In this document: positions 27,080-39,109 of the stretch, piece after piece
Layout of the letters: every line of letters starts with the position of its first letter
Numbering within the stretch: the stretch's first letter is position 1
NCBI GenBank assembly: GCA_028534125.1
Contig: CM052818.1
Span: 14,324,001 to 14,384,000 of the forward strand
DNA: 60,000 nucleotides
Reading direction: 5' to 3'
From: Lama glama
Lineage: Eukaryota
The notes under the pieces: model-generated
The model's database searches: none
What the model was told of the DNA's origin: nothing
What the model saw: only the letters and a program-made list of their open reading frames with translations
Made by a program: the position numbers and the translations under genes

Positions 27080-27980
27080 TGCGCTAGCTGTGGGGTCCCA
27101 CAAGTTCAGGGGTCATTTCTCTAGCCCGGCGTGGGGCAGGGGCGCCCGCGGAACCACAAGGGACAGCGAGCCCCCGCGCACACATATCCTGGGCATCTGT
27201 CGCAGCCGACCCGAGGGGTGACGGCCCCCAGGGACACCCTGGCCCGAGCGCACTGCCGCCGTAGCGGTGTCCTGCGCTCCTCCCACACCCCATCCAAGCT
27301 CGCCTGAGGAGCATCCCGGCTCTCCCGCCTCTAACCTCTGCTCTGAGCGGGCGCCGCCAGCACATCCCGTATCTCGCACAAGCGAGCGAAATCCTCTGCT
27401 CTCCCTCCCCTCCCCTTCTCCCGAACCCTAGGATGGGCTTCGTCACTGGGGCGCAGCGGGAGACAGGTTCTTCCTTCAGCCGTGGCTCCGGGGGCGGGGC
27501 CACAGTGCGGCTTTCGGGAACCTTGGCGGCGGGTTACTAGGCGAGAGCTCGGCGCTTGGAAACAGCGACGCCCCGGGTCGCTGGGGCCGCCCCCTCCAGG
27601 TTGCTCCTTCCCCTGATGCATCCTGGGAAAGGTAGTCCTCTCTACTCAGGCTGCGGTAGGGAGCGCGCAAGGCCGGACCACAAGTCCCAGGATTCCGCGC
27701 ACCCAGAGTGAGCCGTGGAAAGGCCGTTAACCGCGGCCGCGGTGCTTACGGTTCTCCCGGTGAGCAGAGGAAGGCGCACCAAGGGCGACCCCTGGCCAGC
27801 GCCCCGAGTTCCCTAGTGACTGAGGCGGGCCCGCGGGCCTGTGTATCTTAAAAAAGGAGCAATGGAGTTGGAATAGAGGCTATACCATTTCTACGGCCCA
27901 CCTCGAGAATTTCTTCTGCACCAGTTCCTGAGGGCTTCTGTAGTCGACATCCCTAACGTAGGATAGCCAGCGCAAGCCCG
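27080..27980. promoter_or_regulatory. CpG island, upstream lobe; likely EML6 promoter with GC box GGGGCGGGGC (27491-27500)
   Basis: Dense CpG, perfect Sp1/KLF GC box, no obvious TATA; upstream of the EML6 coding exon. Confidence 0.85.
27336..27560 (-). other. EML6: Candidate non-coding first exon of EML6 (5' boundary/TSS approximate)
   Basis: Lies in the upstream CpG lobe. Candidate donor GAG|GTTAGA (GT at 27335-27334) would give a ~770-nt first intron to the 26567 acceptor. Inferred, no transcript data. Confidence 0.4.
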
Positions 27981-29669
27981 TTTGTTTCCTACCTCTGTTT
28001 TACTTTTTATTCAGATAGATTCTAACCTATTAAAGTGCAGTGTTGCCAAGTTTAAGAAAAATGCTGTAGATGTGGTCTCACTTTGTCCTAAGAGCCAGCG
28101 CCTTCCCATGAGCTGTCTCATAAGACTTGGGTATTTAAGGATAACCAGGTTTTGCGAATGGGAAGGTGCTCACACCACGAACAACTAACCTTGCCCCTCA
28201 AACGCATAAGCCGGTGGAATTTCTTATACAACTGCCTTTAGTGAACTATGAATTCCAGGGTGTTCTGAAGTAGCCTCTTTTCAAATCCGGGCCACAGCTG
28301 ACCTGTGAGAAGAGGTTTCAAAATCTCACTGACTAAAAGACTGCAAAAGGACGGTTAAAGGGACATTGGGAACATGCCCTTTCCTTCCCTTTCCGTACTC
28401 TCAAATGTAATCGCTTCCTCAGTTTTTCAACTGCCTCAAGTTTTAAAAACAGCTCTCTGAATGGCAGGAAAACCTCCAGAAGGTTAGAACTGCCAGCGTT
28501 TGGATGAGCAGTTGCTGCCTGCAGCAATGAAGAGGATGTGAACTGGTCTCATCATTCTTTTTAAGGAAACAGGAATCTATAAATCTGTCAAGTCCCACTG
28601 TACTCGCCAATAAGGGCACTACCAAATTTAAAAACAAAAACAACAACAAAAAACATGGTCTGAAAAAGATTTGGGACATAAGCAAAATTATAGATGACCA
28701 GTAATGCCATGCTATAAAACAATGCCAATGAATTACATAGACAGAAAATTCTATATAAAAATTCATAATATGAGGAGCTTTTCCAGCTATAAGTCAGGAA
28801 AGACTTCATGGAGGAAATAGGAAATAAAGGTAGAATTGAGATAAGTAAAGGTAAGTTGAAAGAGCATTTTTACATGGGTCTATGGAATAAAAGGGTAGAT
28901 GCTTGAGACAGCAAAGCTAACCCAACATACAGGTCACTGGTATTTCTAAATTGGAAAAACCAACAAATGGAACAGAAAATAAAACAGGAATTTATTAAAA
29001 AAAAAACTGAATCTGCAGATTAAAGAAGTACAGTATATACTAGAAAAAAAAAGATGATCTTGAATACTCTCCATGGAGGCATATCCTAACAGAATTATTT
29101 AACTTCAAGATAAATAATATTTCAAAATTATTTGACAACTTTAGAGGGAACTATTATACTATTTCTGCCAATTAGTAATTAAAGAGAAACATTTAAGCAT
29201 TTACTGTCTTCTTGGAGGAACTGAAGATTACCCTTAGTTGATAAAGAAAATCTGTTTACCTAAGAATGCTAATATAATATTGTAAACCAACAATAATTCA
29301 GTTTAAAAAATAATAAATCATTCCCCTTAAAAATATCTGTTGATGATAAATTGTACTTTTATTGAAATGATATTTGTCATCACTAGGACATACCCTTTGC
29401 TTGATCTTTCCAGGGCCTGTTAAGTGGCAATATCAAAAGCCTGCCAGATCATTGAACACAATTAGGGCATATGAGTGTAGTTGTTTAGCTACAATTTTCT
29501 CTGTAAAAGCTAACCAATTTGTTTAGAACTAGAACTTGTAGCCTTGGTCTCACTAGCATCACGTTTTAGATACCACTGAACTGAAAAAAAAAAAAGGCAC
29601 TCTTTCACCAGCAATCAACTAATGGAGTTGGAGACAACATTTTTAACCAAGTAAAAGGCTTAAAAATAA

Positions 29670-30465
29670 AAATAGCACATGAAAAGATGCTCTACATTAT
29701 TAGCCACCATGGAAATGCAAATCAAACCCACAGTGAGATACCACTTCACACCCACTGGAATGGCTATAATCAAAAAGACGATTACAAGCATCAGAGCGGA
29801 TGTGGAGAAATTGGGACTCTTATACATTGCCAGTGAGGATGTAAAATGATGCAGCTGCTTTGAAGAACAATCTGGCAGTTTCTCAAAAAGTTAAGAGTCA
29901 CCACGTGATGCAGCAATTCCATTTCTAGATATACACCCAAGAGAAATAACATACATCCACACAAAAACTCGTACATGAATGTTGATAGCAACATTATTCA
30001 TAATAGCCAAAAGTGTAAATAATCCTAATGTCCGTAAGTTGATGACTGGATAAGTAAAATATATATATTCATATCATAAAATATTCCTCAATGAAAAGGA
30101 ATGAAGAAATGATACAAGCTACAATATAGAACCTTGAAAATATTATTCTAGATGAAAGAAGCCAGTTACAAAAGACCACAAATTGTATGATTCCATTTCC
30201 AGAAAGAATGTTCAGAAGAGGCAAATGAGTACAGATAGAAAGTAGATTGGTGGTTTGCTAGAGCAGAAGATGGGTAGGTGGGGGAAATGTGAATGATTAC
30301 TAATGGGTACAGGACTTTTGGGGGGTGAATGATAAAAATGTTCTAAAATTAGATTGTGATGATGATTGCTCAAGTCTGAATATTCTGAAAACCATTGAAT
30401 TGTACACTTTAATGGGTGAATTGATAGTATGTAAATTATATCTGAATAAAGCTATTAAAAATAAA
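29670..30465 (+). mobile_element. L1MB-like ORF2 end and 3' UTR
   Basis: gcacatgaaaagatgctc...ggaaatgcaaatcaaacccacagtgagataccacttcacaccc...aaaatgttctaaaattagattgtgatgatg...aataaagct. Confidence 0.9.
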
Positions 30466-31879
30466 CAAAGTTTGATGCATTTTACTTGGTTGTTGCATGT
30501 AGATTTCCTGTATATTATACACACTAATCATTTCTTTATTTTTGATTTCTTAAATGCCAGTAATTTTTAGAGCAGAAATTGTTTCTTATTCACAGAGGAA
30601 AAGATTGATTTTTAAATTAAAGTTCATGATTTTTAGTCTATCACCCAGAACTTTTCCTATGTTAATGTTGTTTAGAGGAATATCAAACATTTTAGGTAAA
30701 CTATACAAGTCACATTAGAAGATATAAAATGTGAGGGATTAAAGGAATGGGTGATTTGTAGAGAAAAGAACTTTAAAAGTTATTCCCCCCATCTCTTCTC
30801 AAACATTTTTAACAAAGGGTAAAGAGGCTCTGTCTACTGAGCTGGAGTAGACAGCACAGTCTCAGAGAAGATCAAATCAGTGAAAAGTTTCCATGATTTT
30901 TTATTGAAGACAGAGATCCTCTATTTTCCCTATTCAATAAAGATAACATCAAAGAACCAGATCAGACAAGTAAGAAAAAGCCTTTTTAATCCATGTTTGA
31001 AAAGGGCCCATTCTGAAATGCATTCCTAGATACCCAGAAGGTTTGTCTTTGAAATGTAACTAGCTATGACTCTATGTAAAGTCCAGTTTACCTGAAGACC
31101 AACTGCAATTTCAGATATCTATAACTTTAACACATCATTAAATATTTCTTAATCTAAACATTAGCCCTTGTAATAGTTTTTTTTTCTGCTCCTGGTAATA
31201 ATTCAATCACAGTGTTCCTCTCTAATAGAGTCCCTATTGAAACTCTTGCATGAGCTCTGTAATCTTAAAGAGAGAATATGAAAAATTAGTCATATAGCTA
31301 ATAACATATGCTATATGTTCAGTACATTTTAAATGTTTTAGGTTGATTATAATAGGGGTAACGTCTAGTTGTTAGATCTCGACCACTGAAGCTGACGTCA
31401 TTACATATTCTTCCTAACTAGACCCTATAGGCTAATTAATGTACCTTCTCTACAATTTTTGCAGTGTTTCCTAGAAAGGGCAATGAGAGTTTCCCATAGA
31501 TGTTAATTTGTGTTTCAAAACTTTAAAGATGTGCACCAATCTCACTGATATATAAGTTCCTATAATAATAATTTAATAATTATTATTTTGAATTATTCTT
31601 CTGAATTATTAGTAGTTTTGTGTTACCTTCAGGTTTACTTTCTCAGTCTTACACTGAAGGGGAAATCATAATCATCTCCACCTGAGATTCACAGGATTCT
31701 AGAGCTGGAAACTATCTTAGAGATACCTTAATTTTACTACTGAAGAAGGCTAAGGTTATGGCCAAGAATGAAGTGCATAACAACAACTTTATTGACTGCC
31801 TGTAGAGTTAGCAAGCAGGTAATTCCTGAGTACTCCTGTGGGGAGGGATTAATAATGCTATACAGAAAGTGTCACGGGA

Positions 31880-32080
31880 ATAGTGTGATAGAGGAAAATC
31901 CTTTCAGTTCAGAAGACAAGGCTCTGGAGCCAGACTGACCAAATTGTAATCTTTACTCTGCCACTAAGTAATCTTTTGGCCTTGGGCAGTTTCCCTAATC
32001 TATGCCACAGTTTCCTCATCTGTAAAATGGACATAATAGCATAGGATTGTTGTAAGGATTGAATGAGTTAAATACATAAG
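31880..32080 (+). mobile_element. MIR SINE
   Basis: ggctctggagccagactg...ccttgggcagtt...cagtttcctcatctgtaaaatgg...ataggattgttgtaaggattgaatgagttaa. Confidence 0.85.
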
Positions 32081-32577
32081 CAACCTGAGGCCCATATACA
32101 TGAACTCTCCTCTTCCTTATGAAACAAAGATTTTTCAGGGCCCAGGAGACATTCCCACCCAGAACCCATACACCTCCTGTCTTTACTCCAGGTGTTTGAG
32201 AGCCTGGAATTACCTGCACAAATGTCCCTGAGCCACATACAGGTCTGTCTTCTGGACAGCTCTGCCTGGGTGCTCTCTCCTACGTCAGAGGACGACCTGA
32301 AGGGACAGCTATCTATGGAGTGGGAAGGCATGAACCTGAAGCTAAGTACAAGGCCTCTCCAGGTATGGATGGCGTGGGAGGTGGGACGAGAAGGGAGGCA
32401 GCCTAGAGGCAGGGGGCCGTTTCTCCTCACACAGCCACATTCTATCATGGAGCTCAAAAGTGTCTTAGGAATTCTACATTGAATCTGTCCTTCCAGGTTG
32501 TTGGGAAAGCACATTTGACATTAAGACATAGCTTGCCGGATAGCTAACTTTTAAGCATGAAGACATATGGAATGACC

Positions 32578-33334
32578 TGTAGTGTTCTCGCTCTGCCCCC
32601 AGGAGGGCTGGGGGAAGCCCAGTGTTTTGCAGTAAGTAGTCGATATATTTAAACCAGTATTATTGTTGTTATTACTATAAGAAATTGACTCTTCCCACAA
32701 AAGGTAGCAGAATAGAAGCTTGCCTTTCCCCCACGGACCAGAGAGAGCACAGTCTGCCAAGGGGATGCTGATGTGCGAGCACTCAAGAGGGGAGATTTCC
32801 TAAGGCCCAGGCAGAGGCCCAACCACTTCTCAGGTTGGTGAGAACGCCAGGGGGGCAGGCAAAGCCCTGTGCAAAGATCAGCAGACTGGAGTTCCATATG
32901 AGGCATGAACTCAGCATCAGCAATGGTAAATATGAAGAATACGAACTCCCCAGGAAAGTCTTGGCCGCAAAGAGGCCACACTGGCCGCATGGAGTGGTGG
33001 GGTAAGAGCCCTAAGGCCAAGAGGGTGACCAGCCGGTCAGGAAGGAGAGGCAGCCAGACCAGAGCAGAGCAGAGAGAGCGGACCAGACCGTGGATTATCC
33101 TCACAGCTAAGAGGGCCCAGGTGTCAGAGCCAGATCTTCAGGAAGGATGGGCTGGAGGTACAGAGCAGAGCTCGCTGTGGTCTTGCACTTCTCTGCTCAG
33201 ATCACAGCAGAAAAGGCAGGTCTGTGTCTTCTCAACAGATCCCTTTGTTATTCTTATAAAGTCCTGAATTTTTAAACCTGCTCTGAAAACAGACTTTGTT
33301 TTATTCCTTACACCTGACCCCTGTATAAACTTCA
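32578..33334 (+). mobile_element. Possible ancient LTR (MamGyp-like), uncertain
   Basis: Starts TGTAGTG, purine-rich GC block, ends with ataaag...tttattccttaca / cttca; family not confidently recognised. Confidence 0.3.
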
Positions 33335-33350
33335 AATGGGTCAGAAATAG

Positions 33351-33585
33351 ACAGCTGACCTTTGAACAACACAGGAGTTAGGGGGCCCCAAACCTCCCAG
33401 GAGTCAAAAAAATCTGCATATAATTTATATTTGGTTCACCATATACAGTTCCTCTGTATTCATGGTTCCGTATGCCTGGATTCAACCAACCAGTAATTGT
33501 GTAGTTCTGTAATATTTACTATAGAAAAAAATCCACGAATAAGTGGACTGGCTCAGTTTAAACCCCTCTCACTCAAGAGTCAATG
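33351..33585 (+). mobile_element. MER8/Tigger2-family TcMar MITE
   Basis: TIR-like ends cagctgacctttgaacaacac ... ctcaagagtcaatg; internal ggattcaaccaacc, aaaaatccacgaataagtggac. Confidence 0.85.
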
Positions 33586-34508
33586 ATAAATGTAAAAATA
33601 AAATAATCAATCACCATAAGAAAGCATGAGTTAATTCATCTACAACCTGGAAAAATATTTCTAACTATGATGCAAAATCCAGAAGTAATATGGGCAAAAA
33701 TTGATGCAGTCAATTATTTTAAAAATTAAGAATCTTTTGCATGGCAGAGAATAATACAAGAAAGCAAAAAAAAAATTAACTGGAAAAAACATCTATAATC
33801 AATATTACAGAAAAGGGATAAATATCTCTAATATATGAACTTCTTTTGATAAAAATAAGTCCACTAATGCTATGGAAAACTATGAATAGGCAGTTTACAT
33901 AAAAAGAAATAAAAATGGCCCTTAATCAGATATAAAAAAGAAATGCTGAAAATAAGAGAAATGCAAATTAAAACTCCACTGATTTTTTTAAACTGTGGAA
34001 GATAGGCTGTACTTTCCCAAGGATGTACCTAAGGACAAAAAATAAAATAAAGTGGTTATGTCCCTGAGGATAGAGTCTAAAGGTAAAAATGAAAATGTTT
34101 CCAGTCATCATGTTGGAGCATAATAATAACACAGAAATGCAATTAGCAAAATCCAGACTTTGGGTAATTCCAAGGGAAAATTATTTTTATTATTATTTTT
34201 TTAATCAAATAAATTATAAGAAATAAAAATGTCAGATGGAGGGGGAAACTGTGTACTAGAAGATACTTAAAAGACCTACCAATCTCAGGGAGTTTACTTG
34301 GAATCTGATTTGAACAAACTATTTAAAAAAAAAAGAAACCCACTATGAGATAACCATGGAAATGTGAATACTCACTTAATATTTGATTATTTTAAGTGTT
34401 AGAATTTCCAGGTCTTATAATGGCATTATGATTATACTTTTTAAAATTTTTTTGTTTATTTAAAATTAAAAATTTTTGTTGTTTTTTTCTTTGTGATTAT
34501 GCTCTTTA

Positions 34509-34659
34509 TTTTTTTACAATTTTTTAGTAAGTGATAGTCATTTTACAATGTTGTGTCAAATTCTACTGTAGAGCACAATTTTTCAGTTATAGATGAACAT
34601 ATATATATTCATTGTCACATTTTTTTTTCGCTATGAGCTACCACAAGATCTTGTATGTA
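34509..34659 (-). mobile_element. ~150-bp 5'-truncated young camelid-type L1 with 15-16-bp TSD GTGATTATGCTCTTT(A) (34493-34508 / 34660-34675)
   Basis: Reverse complement matches the L1 3' end at 38225-38340; TSD seen directly; target TTTT|AAAG is a canonical L1 endonuclease site. Confidence 0.92.
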
Positions 34660-34874
34660 GTGATTATGCTCTTTAAAAGAATCCTTATCTTTTAGAGATA
34701 CATGCTGAATATTTATGTATGAAATGTTTTGAGGTCTGAATTTGCTTAATTTGCTTAAAAATAACCTGGAGAGGGTGGGGAGATGAAATCAGTCTGGCCC
34801 TGAGTTGATAATTACTAAAGCTGGGTAATGGCTACAGGCAGTTCAGTCTACTATTTTCTCTGCCCTCCCCTGAC

Positions 34875-34958
34875 TTTTTTTTAATGGAGGTCCTTGGGAT
34901 TGAACCTAGGGCCTCATGCATGCTAAGCATGTGCTCTACCACTGAGCTATACCCCCTC
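34875..34958 (-). mobile_element. tRNA-Ala(AGC)-derived SINE (camelid Vic-1 type)
   Basis: Minus strand GGGGGTATAGCTCAGTGGTAGAGCACATGCTTAGCATGCATGAGGCCCTAGGTTCAATCCCAAGGACCTCCATTAAAAAAAA: A box, B box, A-tail, inserted inside an old L1. Confidence 0.88.
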
Positions 34959-35264
34959 TTACCTTTTTTAATATGTTTGTAATTGTCTGAATATTTCATA
35001 TTTCCAATGTTTTAAAAAAACTACTCCAAATATTGTTACGGCAAGGATTCTGGAACAGGGCGGATCCTCTCTAACTGCTACAGCTAGGATTCAAAGTGGC
35101 ACAGTCAGAAAAGTCACATTCCCTACAGCATTCTCTTGAGTTTATTTCCCTCTAAAAATGTTCACTCATTACTCCTGCAAGTGTTTTCTTTATTACATTT
35201 TCATTAAAATAGATCAGGTAAAATCTTGGTTTATTACTTCCACTGATGAGAACCAGGAAGTGCA

Positions 35265-35500
35265 TGGTGATGGTTAGGGATTCAGGCTCTGGAGACAGAT
35301 GCTTGCAAGCACAGCCACCTCTACCAGCTGGATATGAGACCCTGGGCAAATTATTTACCTCCCAATGTCTTCGTTTCTTCCTCTGTGAAATGGAGATGAA
35401 AACAATAATCCAATTCATAAATATGTTATGAATGAAATAATATATGTAAAGTGTTTAGAATGCCTAGCACATAGTACATATTCAAAATATTTATTATTGT
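35265..35500 (+). mobile_element. MIR SINE
   Basis: caggctctggagacaga...gaccctgggcaaattatttacctc...tttcttcctctgtgaaatggagat...tgcctagcacatagta. Confidence 0.85.
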
Positions 35501-36712
35501 TAATGATATTATATATCATCAATATTTAAAATATCCTCCCACAGAAGGCTCCCAAAGAATTTAAAATAAGATTTTGTCTTAATTGTGCATGTGTCCGTGT
35601 GATTGCCTGAGATACCATTGTTGTGTTTATATGCTGCCTGGCCATGAAATTGGTGTCTGTTCTCTGAAACAAAGTTTTTTGACAAAATTGTAGAATATAT
35701 TGGAACTGATGCTGTATCAAACTAGTAACTCTCCACAGCCTCAAGGGCATCAGCACTGTTTAAATGCAAAGATTTTAATGAGCTAAATAATATTCCACAA
35801 ATTCGCTAAGTCATTAACATTGTAGAATATAATAAGTTCAAAACTGCACACAGAAGGCACGATAGTAGGTCATCAAATAAGTGGTAACACAAAGCCCTCA
35901 GAATCAACCGGCCTAGAGGGAGGAAAATTAGAGAAATATTTATAATCCAAATCTCTTGACCCTTGAAATCCTAAGTTTCTGAAAACATTTTACTAATGGG
36001 AAGGGATGAAAAAATGTATTACTTTTATAAACCCTGGTGCTGGTACCCACAAATACCTGATCTTCCATATTAGCAAAGGTTTTGATTCCACCGAGGAAAG
36101 GTGACCAATGAGAACAGAGGACAGATAGGGGCACATGGAGTCGAACAAGACCTGAGTTCCAGCCTTAATCACTTCCTGCGCAGCTGCGAATAGGCTCTTA
36201 GTCTCTTCTGGTCTCAGTTTACTCGATAAACAACCTATAGGATCTCTTCATCTCTAAAATGTTATGACTAACTAAGAACGTTAATCTTATTGGTAGTACG
36301 TATTTCCAGGAAGTCGTACAGTTCAGCCACACATCATTTGTTGAGTTCCTACTTCAAAAATGGTAGAGAATCAGAGCTATTCCTGCCCAATCTAAGGCTC
36401 TCTAAAAAGATGAGGCTAAATCCTTGTGAACAGACGTAAAACAATGTTGTCAATTATATCTCAGTAAAACTGGGGGGTTGTCGTTAAAACCACAGAATTG
36501 TACATTTTTAATGTTAAGTTGTATGGTATGTGAGTTACATCTCAAGAAAGAACTTTTCTTAAAAAAAGAGACTGCTCATCCCTCCAGGAGTATTCTCAGT
36601 GGCCTAAAGAAGCTTAAATGGTGATGTGGAGCAGAATATGAACCTTTATAACTGAACTAAGAAAACACGGACCACACGTTCAGTTAGACTGACAGTGAGA
36701 ATTACCCTTTAC

Positions 36713-36880
36713 CAAGGCCGGCTACATAATTTCCATGGTCCAAAATGAGAATGCAAAGCCCTTGTCCGAAAATTGTTAAGAATCTCAAGACAAACAGCAG
36801 AGCATTAAACCAAACTCGAGCCCCTTCTGAGTGGGGCCCCTGGGTGACTGCACAGGGCACACGCTTGTGAAGCCAGCTGT
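36713..36880 (-). mobile_element. MER45A-like hAT-Tip100 MITE
   Basis: ggccggctacataattt...cagcagagcattaaaccaa...gcccttctgagtggggccc...gactgcacagggcacacg..tgaagccagc. Confidence 0.85.
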
Positions 36881-36884
36881 TGTT

Positions 36885-37105
36885 ACTTAATTGTTAAGAT
36901 TTTTCTAGGTCCAAGGCTGAACACTTTACAGACAACTCATTCAGTTTTCACCACAACCTTGCAAAAGTAATATTATTATCCCCTTTTGTGATAGAGGAAA
37001 TAAAGGCTTAAAGAGGTTAAAGGACTTGTCCAGTTTCCCACAGCTTGTTAAGGACAGAGCTGGACTCTGTGCTTAGGCCTGACTCCAAAGTCAGGCTCTC
37101 ACCCA
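36885..37105 (-). mobile_element. MIR SINE
   Basis: attattatccccttttg..agaggaaataaaggcttaaagaggttaaaggacttgtcca...tgactccaaagtcaggctct. Confidence 0.8.
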
Positions 37106-37829
37106 TGGTCTTCAAACTTACTAGTAAAAATTTTTAAGTGAATATTCCAATGAATATGTAAATGTGACAATAGACTATATACCTATATTACTGTGTTAAT
37201 ACAGTATGTACCTTATAAATCATGCAAAACAAAGATGTTTTGAAGATTCCATCAATAGAAATTCTAATATTTTCTTCCCATATCTCAACCAATCACTTTT
37301 CACAATCCCTGTTGTACCAGGGGCTAGGGCCACCCCTGACCCAGCCAAATTTAGAGTTAATGGCACTTAAGATGTTAATTTCCCTAGGAAGTGTGAGCAT
37401 TTTAATAGGATATTGTTAAAAGCTATCACTCAAAAAGGTGAGTTGTTCATGATGGAATTTTAGGCCCTGTGAAAAGCAAGGGGTATTTTTTTTTTAAGTG
37501 CTAGAGGCTGACTTGCCTTGGAGAAATCTCATTTCACTCACTGATAAAACAAGCTGGCTGGATCTGACCAGGATTTTTGGTTTATTCTCAGTTATCTGCA
37601 GTTATACAGCAAAGGTTGATTAGCTGTGGAACAAGAGAAGGAAAATATTCACTTGATAAGCATTGATTGAGTGCCCATGATGGGTCAGAAAGTTCACTGG
37701 TTGCTGGGTGGACAGAAAGTGAGAGAGATTCTGTGACAGGTCCTGCCAGCAAAGAGCTCAGGTACGTTCTAAAGGAACAGAGAGAGCTCCACACCGACAG
37801 AAGTAACCTTAGAAAGAGATGCAGTTGGT

Positions 37830-38383
37830 AGCAGCACTATTTAGAATAGCTAAAACATGGAAATAGCCTAAATGTCCATCAACAGATGACTGGATAAAGA
37901 AGATTTGGTATATTTATACAATGGAATACTACTCAGCCATAAAAACCAACAACATAACACCATTTGCAGCAACATGGATGCCCCTGGAGAATGTCATTCT
38001 AAGTGAAGTAAGCCAGAAAGAGAAAGGAAAATACCATATGAGAACGCTCATATGTGGAATCTAAAAAAAAAAAAGCATAAATACAAAACAGAAATAGACT
38101 CACAGACATAGAATACAAACTTGTGGTTGCTAAGGGGGTGGGGGGTGGGAAGAGATAGACTGGGATTTCAAAATTGTAGAATAGATAAACAAAATTATAC
38201 TGTATAGCACAGGGAAATATATACAAGATCTTATGGTAGCTCACAGGGAAAAAAATGTGACAATGAATATATATATGTTCATGTATAACTGAAAAATTGT
38301 GCTCTACACTGGATTTTGACACAACATTGTAAAATGATTATAAATCAATAAAAAAAAGTAAAAAAATAGAAAGAAAGAAAGAA
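37830..38383 (+). mobile_element. 5'-truncated young camelid-type L1 (ORF2 tail + 3' UTR + A-rich/(GAAA)n tail) with 13-bp TSD AGATGCAGTTGGT (37817-37829 / 38384-38396)
   Basis: agcagcactatttagaatagc...cctaaatgtccatcaacagatgactggataaagaag...tcattctaagtgaagtaagccagaaagagaaa; TSD seen directly. Confidence 0.93.
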
Positions 38384-39109
38384 AGATGCAGTTGGTCCTC
38401 TCCTCCTTGAAGATAAACCTTTAAAAAGAAAGGACCGTGCTCACAGGTATATTTTATGAATAAAAAATAGTTTAGTAAACTAGAACTTGATGAAAACCCT
38501 AAATTTTCCTTAAAAATGTAAGAATCAACCTTTCTTAATACTCTTTTTTCTCTAAACCATGGTCCAGTTTTTAGATGTTCTTGAAATATCTGATACAAAG
38601 TGAACTACGAAATTTCTTTTAAAATTCTGCTTTTATCTCTTTGTACATAACGAGTAACTTTGAGTCATGCAAGTGCTAAAAATCGACAGCCTAAGATAAA
38701 GGACAGTTTTAAATCTCTTCCTCTAGATGGCGGCATAGGACTGTCTTTAAAACAGAGATCTGTCCCAAGAAACCAAGTTGTGCTGTTTAAATTAAGTGGA
38801 AAATACAGACTTTGTTCCTTACTAAATCTACAAGGGAAAAAAAGTGTAACTAAATGATATCTACAGGACTAGATTTGTCTAGTCTCCAGTTCGTTTAAAG
38901 GGTGGATTCTTTGGACAGCTTGTTTGCTTTGTAAAGGTAGCAATAGAAAAATAAAAAGATGTGAGTGGAAAGAAAATTGGGTGGCAGATTATTTATGGAG
39001 CTGGGTGTGTAAACAACACTTCAGGTTCCTTTCTTTGTTTGCTATGATAACACCCAGGTTTATTCATCCCAGGCCTCATTTTGATACAGCTCAGAAGTCA
39101 GTGGGATGT

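Larger units (their letters stand above)
33600..35010 (+). mobile_element. Old L1 (L1MC-like) ORF2/3' UTR remnants hosting two younger insertions
   Basis: aaatgcaaattaaaact, gaaatgcaattagcaaaatccagact, ccttatcttttagagatacatgctgaa, tgagttgataattactaaagctgggtaatgg. Confidence 0.75.

Noticed and set aside
34885..34956. Bona fide tRNA-Ala gene
   Set aside because: A-tail, insertion within an old L1, stem mismatches and match to the recalled Vic-1 SINE head favour a SINE copy
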